Virus record (IMG/VR): IMGVR_UViG_3300010158_000027
Coordinates: 186,001-250,000 of that record
DNA length: 64,000 nucleotides
Direction: 5' to 3' (one strand)
Shown here: piece after piece, positions 30,402 through 39,902 of the stretch
How the letters are laid out: each line of letters starts with the position of its first letter
Numbering within the stretch: position 1 is the stretch's first letter
Notes under the pieces: model-generated
The model's database searches: none
What the model saw: only the letters and a program-made list of their open reading frames with translations
What the model was told of the DNA's origin: nothing
Translations under genes and position numbers: made by a program

Positions 30402-30402
30402 T

Positions 30403-30687
30403 ATGAAAGTTGTTATTTTATACACAATGAAGGGATGTCCTTATTGTACCATGATTAAAGAAGAGTTAGAAAAATCAAACATTGATTTTTTAGAAAGAGA
30501 CATTGACGAATATGAACAGGAATATGATGAATACTCAAAACTAATAGAGAATGAATATATACCCGCGTTTTTACTTCTCACTCTTGATAATGAAGATAAT
30601 CCAAACAATATTAAATTATACGCCCCCGAAAGAGATTTCCAGGATATCCACGAGGGCGTTGAAATGGTTAAGGGGTATTTAAAATAA
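30403..30687 (+). CDS. Glutaredoxin-like protein
   Basis: ILYTMKGCPYC thioredoxin-fold motif. Confidence 0.85.
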   Translation: MKVVILYTMKGCPYCTMIKEELEKSNIDFLERDIDEYEQEYDEYSKLIENEYIPAFLLLTLDNEDNPNNIKLYAPERDFQDIHEGVEMVKGYLK

Positions 30688-31560
30688 AATTAAATCGCCA
30701 ACCATATTTAATTTTTTCCAAGGCGCATTGTCATCGTCATTAATTACATCATCGACGTGGTTAATTTCTGATGACAGATACAATTCCGTTAGTTCACTAA
30801 CTGTAAATGGAAACACATCCAATATTAATGACGTTAGCCACGGGGTTTTAACTATGTGGTTGTCGTTATAAATGAATAAATTAATATTCTCGTTATCTAT
30901 TGAAGATATTTTGTTTTCGGACGTTAATTTAACGTTCAGTTCTTTAGTTATACCAACCATTGATATATTATGAAAAATATGTTTTAAAGCCATGTGGTAT
31001 AACTTTTCGTTATTGTTTGATAAACCATAGAATTTTTCTGAAATGTAAGTCTCTTGGGAAAAATCAGATTTAAATAATTTATAATCACTAAACTTTGATT
31101 TTAAAATATGAACCACATCATCATTTTTTTCTGATAAACAATCGTAATAAATAGAGAGATTTGATTTATCTAATTTTAAATTAAAATATATGTTTTTATC
31201 AACAAATGAGTTAACGAATTTTTGTATGTTAAAATCGTTATAATCTTTTTTTAGTTGGTAGTCGATATCTATCGAATCATATTCGGGATCGGTAGTGTAG
31301 TTAATGATGTCAATAACTCTAATAGTCTTAGATAAATCTTCACTATATTTAGATGTAAACTCTTGAAAAATGTCAGCAACCATCAATGGTTTATCCGAAG
31401 ACGTTTTACCCTTTACGATAAAAAAATTCCTAACGTTTATTACTGAGATTTCAGTTTTGGCGTTAGGAACGGACTCATTTATTTTTTTCACTATAAGACT
31501 TGCAAAAATATTACAAAGGTTTTTGCCGTCTAAAAAGTTATAGTATTCTGTTGTATTCAT
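30679..31560 (-). CDS. Degenerate S-adenosylmethionine synthetase (MetK)-like protein
   Basis: N-terminal DGKNLCNIFASLIV...PNAKTEI..FFIVKGKT and C-terminal APWKKLN resemble MetK termini, but the GHPDK, GAGDQG and GGGAFSGKD motifs are absent. Confidence 0.55.
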   Translation of the reverse strand: MNTTEYYNFLDGKNLCNIFASLIVKKINESVPNAKTEISVINVRNFFIVKGKTSSDKPLMVADIFQEFTSKYSEDLSKTIRVIDIINYTTDPEYDSIDIDYQLKKDYNDFNIQKFVNSFVDKNIYFNLKLDKSNLSIYYDCLSEKNDDVVHILKSKFSDYKLFKSDFSQETYISEKFYGLSNNNEKLYHMALKHIFHNISMVGITKELNVKLTSENKISSIDNENINLFIYNDNHIVKTPWLTSLILDVFPFTVSELTELYLSSEINHVDDVINDDDNAPWKKLNMVGDLILF

Positions 31561-31624
31561 TTTTTTTTAATTGAACATTTATTTTAACAATGTTATGTAA
31601 AAAAAAATATAGGTTAAATACTAA

Positions 31625-31771
31625 TTATTTTTTATTGTAATATTTTTCAACAATCTTAGTTACAGCCACCTTAACAGACTCGTTATTTTGTTGTTGTTGT
31701 GTTTGTGTTTGTTGTTGTTGTGTTTGAACTTGTGTTTGTTCGTTAGTTTTGTTTTTGCATCCGCACCCCAT
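31625..31771 (-). CDS. 48-aa MGCGCK-type small protein with Q/T tract
   Basis: Translated by eye; minus-strand TATTTAT upstream. Confidence 0.7.
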   Translation of the reverse strand: MGCGCKNKTNEQTQVQTQQQQTQTQQQQNNESVKVAVTKIVEKYYNKK

Positions 31772-31861
31772 GATTAAATTTTTTAGTAAGTTTATCGTTA
31801 TGTATATAAATATTTGATAACTATAAAAGAATCATTTGTAAATAGAAACTATTTATAGATT

Positions 31862-33058
31862 ATGGGATTAAAAAATAACGTCAGAATGGTTTTAAGAGAG
31901 CAAGATGAGGAATGGGTGAGCGTTTCACCTGAAGAGTATATGGACTTGTTAAAGTACGTTAACGGTGATGGATCGATTATAAACCGACTACCAGACTATA
32001 AGGGTAAAAAAATTAAAATTGATGGTGATTTAAATTTAAGTTATAATGGTGACATAACAAATATTGATAGTATTGATTACGTTGATGGAAATTTAGATAT
32101 ATCCAAAACGAATATAACTTATTTCGATAAAAATAAAGTTAAAGGTTGGTTCAGATATTATAGTAGTAGAATGGAGCAAATCGAAAATAAAAAGATTTTA
32201 GATAAAAAACTTAAAGTCCTTAATGGGTATCGAGAGAATGGTGAATGGAATGTGGAAGATAATGACGACGAGGTATCAAATGAAACGGAAGCTCTCTTTT
32301 TACATCTTATGGATATCGGATCTGTGGGTGAATATGAAAACGAAGAAGGGGAAACTGTACCTGAGGATAAATATTTTATTTGGACTGATAGTAATCATAA
32401 ATATTATGAATGGCTTGGAGATGAAAATGGCGAAAGCGAATGGTTGGTGATACCGGATGATAAGATAGATGATGTTGCTAGAGAATATCTGCAGGATAGG
32501 ATTGATGAGTCAGGTTATGAAACGTTCAGATCGTATGTTTGGGAAAATAATTTAGACACAGATCGAGTTGACAAATGGTTATATGACTATTATTCGGATG
32601 ATATAACAAATAATCCAGAGGAATTCGACATCCCAAAAACCCTTTCACATCAACAAAAAAACTACGTTAATATTTATACACAAAAAATAGAAAAACTAAA
32701 AATCAGATTAAACGACGAGGAGTTAGACGAAAATCAAGTTGAAGAAATTGAAGATGAAATAACCGACATCGAAGAAATTATTGAGGACATAAACGATTCT
32801 CCAGAGGGGGATTACGACGAGGCGGCTATTGAGGATGAAATAAATGGGCGAGTTAATGATGTTGGTTCTGATTTTTTAAGACACCTGAAGGATATGGGTT
32901 ATGATGATGATTATTTTTTAGAATTCGTTGACATCGATGGTGTTATTACCGATATAATTAATGATGACGGTTATGGTAATATTTTTAATGGTTATGATGG
33001 TAGAGATGATGAATATAAGGTAAACAATAAGTGGTACCACGTAATGAGACAAAATTAA
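31862..33058 (+). CDS. Acidic late protein with short GDLNLS/GNLDIS repeats
   Basis: TATTTAT 5 nt before ATG; leader ending VLRE. Confidence 0.7.
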   Translation: MGLKNNVRMVLREQDEEWVSVSPEEYMDLLKYVNGDGSIINRLPDYKGKKIKIDGDLNLSYNGDITNIDSIDYVDGNLDISKTNITYFDKNKVKGWFRYYSSRMEQIENKKILDKKLKVLNGYRENGEWNVEDNDDEVSNETEALFLHLMDIGSVGEYENEEGETVPEDKYFIWTDSNHKYYEWLGDENGESEWLVIPDDKIDDVAREYLQDRIDESGYETFRSYVWENNLDTDRVDKWLYDYYSDDITNNPEEFDIPKTLSHQQKNYVNIYTQKIEKLKIRLNDEELDENQVEEIEDEITDIEEIIEDINDSPEGDYDEAAIEDEINGRVNDVGSDFLRHLKDMGYDDDYFLEFVDIDGVITDIINDDGYGNIFNGYDGRDDEYKVNNKWYHVMRQN

Positions 33059-33062
33059 TTTT

Positions 33063-33491
33063 ATGAAGCAATTAATTAAAAAAATATTAAAAGAGGAATC
33101 GTTAAAGCATAATCTTAAACAACAGATTAAAGATTATGGTTGGGTAGATACTTCGCAAATGGTTAATGGATCAAAAGAGTTGGCAAAATTGGCATTCAAT
33201 AATGATCCAATGGGGTTTCTACATATGTTTGATGATTTGGATATGGTTCAGCGTAAGTTATCAGCAAACTGGACTTTATTTAAACAAGAAAACGGAAATA
33301 ATTTAATGTTGTTGGATAAAAAAATTATTTATATATCTTATGGTGATATTTGGTCATTTTTGACATATGGTTTTGGACTTAGAGATTCCCAAGTTAGGGA
33401 CGTTATAAAGGTATGGTTGGGTGACGTGTACCATTTAAGGGGAATTACTATAGAGGCGGGATTTGATGAATTATTCAGCCATATGCGTTAG
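33063..33491 (+). CDS. Late-type protein, paralogue of 48691-49125
   Basis: MKQLIKKILKEES leader; shared FNNDPM.FLHMF.DLD. Confidence 0.7.
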   Translation: MKQLIKKILKEESLKHNLKQQIKDYGWVDTSQMVNGSKELAKLAFNNDPMGFLHMFDDLDMVQRKLSANWTLFKQENGNNLMLLDKKIIYISYGDIWSFLTYGFGLRDSQVRDVIKVWLGDVYHLRGITIEAGFDELFSHMR

Positions 33492-33520
33492 TTGTGTAAT
33501 TTAAAAGATTTATAATTTAC

Positions 33521-33544
33521 ACCCACAAATAGTTTTACTATAAT
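33521..33544 (+). promoter_or_regulatory. TTTACA-N17-TATAAT promoter region, 6 nt before ATG 33551
   Basis: Exact -10 hexamer with 17-nt spacer; boundaries approximate. Confidence 0.6.
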
Positions 33545-33550
33545 TTATTA

Positions 33551-34297
33551 ATGAAAACAGATTGGTTATTCCAGGAACCTATTGATTTAGAACATAAACA
33601 ATATGTGCTTTTAGATTATCTACAAAAAATAGATAAAAATTTAAATAATTTAAAACTATATCCACAGTTCCAAGAGATATCGTTACATCTTGCCAGCATC
33701 AATTTATTAATCGAAAAGGGTCAATATCTAACAATGAATAGAGTATTGAAGGATCCCGACGATGAAATATTATTATCAGATTTAGTTCCCGTCGATTGTC
33801 CACAACTAACCCAAGAAGAAATCATCGAAGTGTATCAGGTATGTAAGTACTCAACAGAAAACTTATCCGACTATTTTAATCACGCAAAAGCAATCTGGGA
33901 TATCGTTAATGATGCGGTAGCAATAGACGCAGCTCAAAACCCAAAAAACATTGAACCAAAACAGGGAATTTTCTTTTTAACATATAAAAATAAAACGTAC
34001 TTCTACGAGTTTATCATTAAATCAATTAAAAGAGGTAGTTTAGAAACCAAGTGTCACATAAAAAGAATATGTGAATGTGATAAAGAAACGTTCAGACAAA
34101 AGATAAAAACGGTTAAAAACTCATTAATTAAAGATTTAAATGAAGAGTCCGTACACAAGCATTTAATAGTATTTGCTGTGAACCATAATAACGGTTATCC
34201 CCTAAAAGAAACCCTACTACCTATAGTTAAACGAAAAATCATGAATTATATGATACAATCAAAAAATATTAGACATCGGAAATTGACAAGTAAGTGA
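33551..34297 (+). CDS. Hypothetical protein (resembles a conserved Bacteroidota protein, IDxExKxYxLLxYLQ)
   Basis: Motif recollection only. Confidence 0.6.
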   Translation: MKTDWLFQEPIDLEHKQYVLLDYLQKIDKNLNNLKLYPQFQEISLHLASINLLIEKGQYLTMNRVLKDPDDEILLSDLVPVDCPQLTQEEIIEVYQVCKYSTENLSDYFNHAKAIWDIVNDAVAIDAAQNPKNIEPKQGIFFLTYKNKTYFYEFIIKSIKRGSLETKCHIKRICECDKETFRQKIKTVKNSLIKDLNEESVHKHLIVFAVNHNNGYPLKETLLPIVKRKIMNYMIQSKNIRHRKLTSK

Positions 34298-34325
34298 TAA
34301 TTTAGTATCATTAAATTAAAAAATT

Positions 34326-34463
34326 ATGGAAAAAATTGATGTATTAGTTTTAGAGCAAATGATTAAAGAAATCCCCAACGATATGGATTTAGGTAGACAA
34401 ATCAGAAAGATGGTTTTAAGTATTAAAAATGGGAGTACCGATATTAATAACACACCAAAATAA
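34326..34463 (+). CDS. 45-aa small ORF
   Basis: Follows a TTGACA-N17-TATCAT promoter. Confidence 0.55.
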   Translation: MEKIDVLVLEQMIKEIPNDMDLGRQIRKMVLSIKNGSTDINNTPK

Positions 34464-34472
34464 ATAAAAGAT

Positions 34473-34691
34473 ATGGAACAAGTAAATCACCCTGACCATT
34501 ACCGATTTGGTAAGGATAATGAATATGAAGCGATTAAAGTGATTGATGCTTGGGGATTGGGATTCTCACTGGGTAATACGGTGAAGTATATCTCAAGAGC
34601 TGGTAAGAAAGACCCCACTAAAGAGTTAGAAGATTTAAAGAAAGCTAAATTTTATTTAGAACATCACATAAACACATTAGAAAACAAATAA
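34473..34691 (+). CDS. DUF3310-family protein
   Basis: VNHPDHY..EAIKVI..FSLGNTVKYISRAGKK..EDLKKAKFYL. Confidence 0.85.
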   Translation: MEQVNHPDHYRFGKDNEYEAIKVIDAWGLGFSLGNTVKYISRAGKKDPTKELEDLKKAKFYLEHHINTLENK

Positions 34692-34693
34692 AG

Positions 34694-34900
34694 ATGACAC
34701 TAACGGAGGAACAAAAAAATCAGATACTTAATCTGTATGAAGGATTAAAAAATGACGAACAAACACTTGGCGAGGTACATGAAATCATTGTGGACTTTTG
34801 TCTCGACCAAGACATCGTTGATTTATCAGATGATGAAAACGGGGATATGTACGAGGAGTTTTCAAATAACACGTGGGATTATTTAGAGAGCATTAAATAA
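34694..34900 (+). CDS. Acidic hypothetical protein
   Basis: In operon. Confidence 0.6.
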   Translation: MTLTEEQKNQILNLYEGLKNDEQTLGEVHEIIVDFCLDQDIVDLSDDENGDMYEEFSNNTWDYLESIK

Positions 34901-34912
34901 AAAAATAAAATT

Positions 34913-35275
34913 ATGAGAAAAGATGTAGATAAAACATTAACAGAAATTTCACAAGATATTGTTGAATTGGTTTTAGGTAATAACAATGATAATAGTTTGG
35001 AAGTAGAAAAAGTTAGGGGATATTTGATGGATATTTTTGGTTATGATGCTAATTATAAACTTCACATACACACAGAAATTCCATTTGAATATGAAGAAAA
35101 TTATACATTATTAAGAGATTTGAATGAAGGTGATGTATTCATTACTAAAGCAAATACGGTTTCAATGTATTTAAAATGTGTTGGTGACGATAAACATATA
35201 TTGAGAAATATAAATAGTTGTGATGAATATGAAGTACCACATGGTAAATTTCCAGTGTTTAAAAAAATTAATTAA
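34913..35275 (+). CDS. Hypothetical protein
   Basis: AT-rich accessory ORF. Confidence 0.6.
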   Translation: MRKDVDKTLTEISQDIVELVLGNNNDNSLEVEKVRGYLMDIFGYDANYKLHIHTEIPFEYEENYTLLRDLNEGDVFITKANTVSMYLKCVGDDKHILRNINSCDEYEVPHGKFPVFKKIN

Positions 35276-35277
35276 TT

Positions 35278-35475
35278 ATGAAACATTTTGATGATTTAAA
35301 ATATATTGATTATGTGATTAGATTCACGAATCAACTTGATAGAACAAATGAATTAATGTTAGTTTGTTTGAACGTTATGAAAGATGAACCAACATTGACA
35401 ATACGTGAAGTGATTGAAAAATCATTATTTGGTTTAGATATAGAATTGAATGATTTATTAGTTGAAAAATCTTAA
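35278..35475 (+). CDS. Hypothetical protein
   Basis: AT-rich accessory ORF ending just before an attC-like site. Confidence 0.55.
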   Translation: MKHFDDLKYIDYVIRFTNQLDRTNELMLVCLNVMKDEPTLTIREVIEKSLFGLDIELNDLLVEKS

Positions 35476-35499
35476 TTTGGAACACAAAAGTAGTATTGC

Positions 35500-35593
35500 T
35501 CCTAACAGCTGGGTGTATGAGAAGGTTTGCTTAGATGAACTTTAAAATTACCACTAAACTTGATAGCAAACTTTCTTATACACCTTGTTAGCA
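35500..35593 (+). repeat. attC-like site A (TCCTAAC...GTTAGCA, 94 bp)
   Basis: 20-bp inverted arms; near-identical to 62681-62774. Confidence 0.8.
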
Positions 35594-35664
35594 CCAGTAC
35601 GGTGATTTTAATATAAAACTTGATTAATTGGAAAATAAGTAGTATATTTGTAAAAAATAGAATT

Positions 35665-35817
35665 ATGGAAAATAAAATGGAGATTATTATTACAGATAAA
35701 GAAGGTGTTAGACAAGTATCTTCTTTTTCAGAAAACAAAATTAAACATATAACTGAAACCAATCAATGGGTAGATGTTATTAAAGAAATACTAAAACATA
35801 TAAATAATAATGACTGA
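35665..35817 (+). CDS. Small hypothetical protein
   Basis: First ORF after the site-A promoter. Confidence 0.5.
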   Translation: MENKMEIIITDKEGVRQVSSFSENKIKHITETNQWVDVIKEILKHINNND

Positions 35818-36022
35818 TATTAATACTTTCATACCATCATTTGGTAATTTTATGAGTTATTGTAGTGAAAGTGATATTGAAAAAGATTTATTTAAAGAAA
35901 TTTTTTTTGAGTTTTTGGATAACCCAAAAAAATACAATAATTCAGAAATAATAAAAAAATATTTATCTGAAAAATTACCTATTAACTCATATATTCAATT
36001 AATCAATAAAATAAATTTATAA
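35810..36022 (+). CDS. Hypothetical protein
   Basis: Coupled ORF. Confidence 0.55.
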   Translation: MTDINTFIPSFGNFMSYCSESDIEKDLFKEIFFEFLDNPKKYNNSEIIKKYLSEKLPINSYIQLINKINL

Positions 36023-36025
36023 AAT

Positions 36026-36640
36026 ATGGAAAAAAAATTTAAAATACCAGAAAATGGGTTAATACCGTTTGCTGAACGTGGTCAAACTAAAATAAATACT
36101 GATGATTCTTTTGAGGCAGAACTTATTGATATCGATATTAAATGGATTGAAGATTGTTCAGATGAAGAAGTTGAAGAATTTAAAAATAAAGGGTTTGTTG
36201 AGAAAACAAACACCAATTACGATAAAAAGTTAGAAAAACTTAAATTAAAACTTCGTGATTCATTAAATAAATGTGATGTCAATTATGAAAAAAAACCTTA
36301 TTTTATTAAAAGTTTAAATTTACCATATAAAACGAAAAATGGTGATTATGAACCTAATATTTACAATCACCATTTTAATGATTTATCCTTTTGTAAGGAA
36401 ATAGTGGATGAGACTGATAGTAGAAATCCAGATGATTGGGTTTATTACCCCATTGGGATGTTTTTAAACCATAGAATATTTATGGATATTGAAAGTGAAT
36501 ATTCATACCAAGATATTATTAATTTTTTAGATTGGTTTGAAAATTACCTTAAATCTAACTACAAATTTGTTGGTGATAAAATTTTATTTGGTAATAAAAT
36601 AGTTAAAATTGAAGAAGTTTTTAAAGTATGTGTAAACTGA
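36026..36640 (+). CDS. Hypothetical protein
   Basis: 204-aa AT-rich ORF. Confidence 0.6.
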   Translation: MEKKFKIPENGLIPFAERGQTKINTDDSFEAELIDIDIKWIEDCSDEEVEEFKNKGFVEKTNTNYDKKLEKLKLKLRDSLNKCDVNYEKKPYFIKSLNLPYKTKNGDYEPNIYNHHFNDLSFCKEIVDETDSRNPDDWVYYPIGMFLNHRIFMDIESEYSYQDIINFLDWFENYLKSNYKFVGDKILFGNKIVKIEEVFKVCVN

Positions 36641-36644
36641 AATT

Positions 36645-37118
36645 ATGGAAAATATATTAAAAAGACTTGAATATAAAATATTTAAGGAATATGGAAAAAT
36701 AGTTGGTGTTGTAACCGATTATGTGTGGGATTACAAATCGTATCAGAAAGGTATTACTCAACTTGAACATAATGAAACACTCAATAAATTTGTCTTATAT
36801 TATATGAAAGAATTTAACTTAGATGTGGTTATAACATCTGGAGAAATTTGTACAATATTTGAAAATTTTGATAATTTTTATTTTATAGGTGAAAACGATG
36901 TATATAATTATCAAAGATATAAATCTGATATTAGTAAAGATTTTGAACCATTTTTTTTAATAAAAGAGGATGGTAATAATATTGGAGTTGTGATTAAAAC
37001 CAATTTTAGAATCAAATCACATCATATTATATTAACAAATACTGATGGTTCGAATTATAAAATAATTGATGTTTGGAAATTACCAAACATTAAACTAATT
37101 GAATGTTTTAAAAACTAA
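36645..37118 (+). CDS. Hypothetical protein
   Basis: 157-aa AT-rich ORF. Confidence 0.6.
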   Translation: MENILKRLEYKIFKEYGKIVGVVTDYVWDYKSYQKGITQLEHNETLNKFVLYYMKEFNLDVVITSGEICTIFENFDNFYFIGENDVYNYQRYKSDISKDFEPFFLIKEDGNNIGVVIKTNFRIKSHHIILTNTDGSNYKIIDVWKLPNIKLIECFKN

Positions 37119-37123
37119 AAAAA

Positions 37124-37459
37124 ATGGAAAAAGAAAATTTAAAAAATGGGGTGTACCTCATAAAAGCGGATAGTAAAGATTATAAATTAACAGAAGAACG
37201 TGAAAGTAAAATAAATTCACTTGAAATTAGTGGTGAACATAAAGAGTTTTTCAAAAACATCTTCAAAGAAGAACCAACACCAAAACCATCTGATTTATTA
37301 GTTGAACTTGTTGGTCAAAATCCATTTTTAAAAATAAAATCTGTAAAGAATGTTGACACTGGTGAAGATATAACTGAAAGATTTACTAGTAAAGATGTTG
37401 ATGATGTTAATTGTTTATGGACATTAACTAAAAATTTAAAATGGGTTGACAATTTATGA
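37124..37459 (+). CDS. Hypothetical protein
   Basis: 111-aa AT-rich ORF. Confidence 0.6.
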   Translation: MEKENLKNGVYLIKADSKDYKLTEERESKINSLEISGEHKEFFKNIFKEEPTPKPSDLLVELVGQNPFLKIKSVKNVDTGEDITERFTSKDVDDVNCLWTLTKNLKWVDNL

Positions 37460-37544
37460 GAACGGAAACAGAAATTAGAGAAAAATCGTTGTTTGGTTTA
37501 GATATACAATTAGATAATTCATTACTAAATTAAAAAAAAAAGAA

Positions 37545-38396
37545 ATGATAGAAACAGGAAAAATAATAAATGGGGATTGTGTTGAAGTGATGAAAACATT
37601 ACCTGAGGGGTCGGTTGATCTAGTTGTGACATCGCCCCCATACGGTGTTGGTATCGCTTACGACACTCATGATGATGATGTTGAGTTTGAAGAGTATAAA
37701 GTATTTGCAAGAAACTGGTTAACAGAAGCATACAACGTACTAAAAGATGATGGGCGTATTGCATTGAACATTCCGTATGAAACCAATCGTCAGAAAAAGG
37801 GGGGACGTATCTTTTTTGTTTCTGAGATGTATCAGATCATGAAAGAGATTGGTTTTGGGTTTTTTGGTATCGTTGATTTGGAGGAACAATCACCACATAG
37901 ATCTAAAACGACAGCTTGGGGATCGTGGATGAGTCCTAGCTCGCCCTATATTTATAACCCGAAGGAGTGTGTAATATTGGCATACAAAAAACTACACATT
38001 AAAAAGGTTAAAGGGGAACCACAATGGAAGGGTACACCAACTGACATTGAGCAGGAGGACGGAACCATAAAAAAGAAAGTTGTGTATGAAGAAACGGATA
38101 AGAAAGAATTTATGGAACTTGTTTTTGGTCAGTGGAATTACTTTGCTGATACTAAATCACTCACCAAGGCGACATTCTCGATGGACATACCGACGAAAGC
38201 AATCAAAATATTGTCCTACAAAAACGATATAATTTTGGACCCATTTGCTGGAAGCGGAACTAGTTTGGTGGCTGCCGAAATCTTAGGGAGACGATGGTTG
38301 GGCATTGAGTTATCACCAAATTATGCTGAAGTGGCAAAAACTCGAGTTGAGTATTTTAAAAATTTACAAACAGTAGTTGAAGAAATCCAAGAGTAA
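37545..38396 (+). CDS. Beta-class amino-methyltransferase (probably N4-cytosine)
   Basis: DLVVTSPPY precedes ILDPFAGSGTS. Confidence 0.88.
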   Translation: MIETGKIINGDCVEVMKTLPEGSVDLVVTSPPYGVGIAYDTHDDDVEFEEYKVFARNWLTEAYNVLKDDGRIALNIPYETNRQKKGGRIFFVSEMYQIMKEIGFGFFGIVDLEEQSPHRSKTTAWGSWMSPSSPYIYNPKECVILAYKKLHIKKVKGEPQWKGTPTDIEQEDGTIKKKVVYEETDKKEFMELVFGQWNYFADTKSLTKATFSMDIPTKAIKILSYKNDIILDPFAGSGTSLVAAEILGRRWLGIELSPNYAEVAKTRVEYFKNLQTVVEEIQE

Positions 38397-38432
38397 TCTT
38401 GGTTTTTTTGTTTTTAATGGTATTTATATGGT

Positions 38433-39851
38433 ATGAAGATAATTATAACTGAAAGCCAATACAAACAACTTATCAAAGAGTCTGGAATAAGAGACATAGG
38501 TAAGATTAGAGATAGATATAAAAAAGCTAAAATATATTTCCATCAAGATTTGGATGGTGTTACAACAGCTATCGCTATGAAAGCTTATTTGGAGAATCAA
38601 GGTATCAAAGTTGTTGATGCTGAAATTATCCAATACGGAGATAAGGAATGGTCGATAAAGAAACCGGACGCTAGTGGTGATGTAATGCCTGTATTGGTGG
38701 ATTTTGCTCACGGTAAACCAATGTTTGTTATTCATACTGATCACCACGATAGCCAAGCTGGTGTTGAATCAGGAACGTCAACAAGTTTTAAAAGTTCAAG
38801 ATCAAACGTTGAAACAATTTCGCAAAGTATATCACCAAAAGAATTATTTCCGAATGATGATATTATATTAATTTCAACTGTGGATTCTGCAAACTACGCA
38901 GTTCAAAACATTAGCCCTGAACAGGTAATGTCTTACTTATTTAAATTTGATAAAGATTCATCATTAAAAAGAAATAAAATGTTAATGGGGTTAGTAACAA
39001 ACAAATTGTTATTAGCATTTAAAAACAAACCAGGGTTCTTAGAAACGTTGGTATTGGATTGTACCCCATCATTATTAAACATATTGTTAAGAATCAAACA
39101 GATTGTCCAAGAAAAAGGATATGCTGACATTCCACAATTAGAAAAGAACAAAGAAGATTATGTATCTTCAATGAAGAGTCATAAAAACGTTGAAATGGTT
39201 GGAAATATTATCAAACAATATGGAGGGGGTTCTATGTTCAAACCGGGTTCATACGACAGATATACCCCATTCAGAAACAATCCTGAAGCTGACTTTATAG
39301 TTCTTGCTTGGCCGATGGGATTGGTACAAGCGTCTTGTAATCCATTTAAAGAAAGTAGAGCATTGAAAGGTGTTAACTTAGGTGAGATTAAAGATGAGGT
39401 ATTAAGTAGATGGGAATCACAATTAAAATCGAAAGAAATCCCCTTATCAACAATTAAATGGGTGTCTGAAAGTGGTATGAATTCTGAGTCAGTTGGATTT
39501 ACATTTAAAGACTTTGTTGCGTTATATGGTGAAAAATTTAAACAAATGGGTAATGGACAGAAATTACTTGATATATTAGGTAATATAATGACTAAACCAT
39601 TTAAATCATTATCACCAAAACAAATAGAGTTAATGGATAAAATAACTATTAATGCTTGGGATTTGATACAATCTAACAGTGGGGGACACAAATGTATTAC
39701 AAACATTTCAGGACTTAATTATTTAGGTCGACCGTCAAGACCTGGTAAAAATGATAAAGCGGAAGGTGAGGATTCTGCATCGGTTAAGTTTACTAAGATG
39801 ATACAAGATCAATTTGTTAAAGTATTACAAGATAAAATAAATAACCAATAA
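38433..39851 (+). CDS. DHH-family phosphoesterase with late leader peptide
   Basis: FHQDLDG, VLVDFA and HTDHH motifs; MKIIITESQYKQLIKE leader; TATTTAT 5 nt upstream. Confidence 0.75.
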   Translation: MKIIITESQYKQLIKESGIRDIGKIRDRYKKAKIYFHQDLDGVTTAIAMKAYLENQGIKVVDAEIIQYGDKEWSIKKPDASGDVMPVLVDFAHGKPMFVIHTDHHDSQAGVESGTSTSFKSSRSNVETISQSISPKELFPNDDIILISTVDSANYAVQNISPEQVMSYLFKFDKDSSLKRNKMLMGLVTNKLLLAFKNKPGFLETLVLDCTPSLLNILLRIKQIVQEKGYADIPQLEKNKEDYVSSMKSHKNVEMVGNIIKQYGGGSMFKPGSYDRYTPFRNNPEADFIVLAWPMGLVQASCNPFKESRALKGVNLGEIKDEVLSRWESQLKSKEIPLSTIKWVSESGMNSESVGFTFKDFVALYGEKFKQMGNGQKLLDILGNIMTKPFKSLSPKQIELMDKITINAWDLIQSNSGGHKCITNISGLNYLGRPSRPGKNDKAEGEDSASVKFTKMIQDQFVKVLQDKINNQ

Positions 39852-39902
39852 TTTGGTGGACATAAATGAATGGTTTACTATATTTATAGTAAACCATTTT
39901 TT

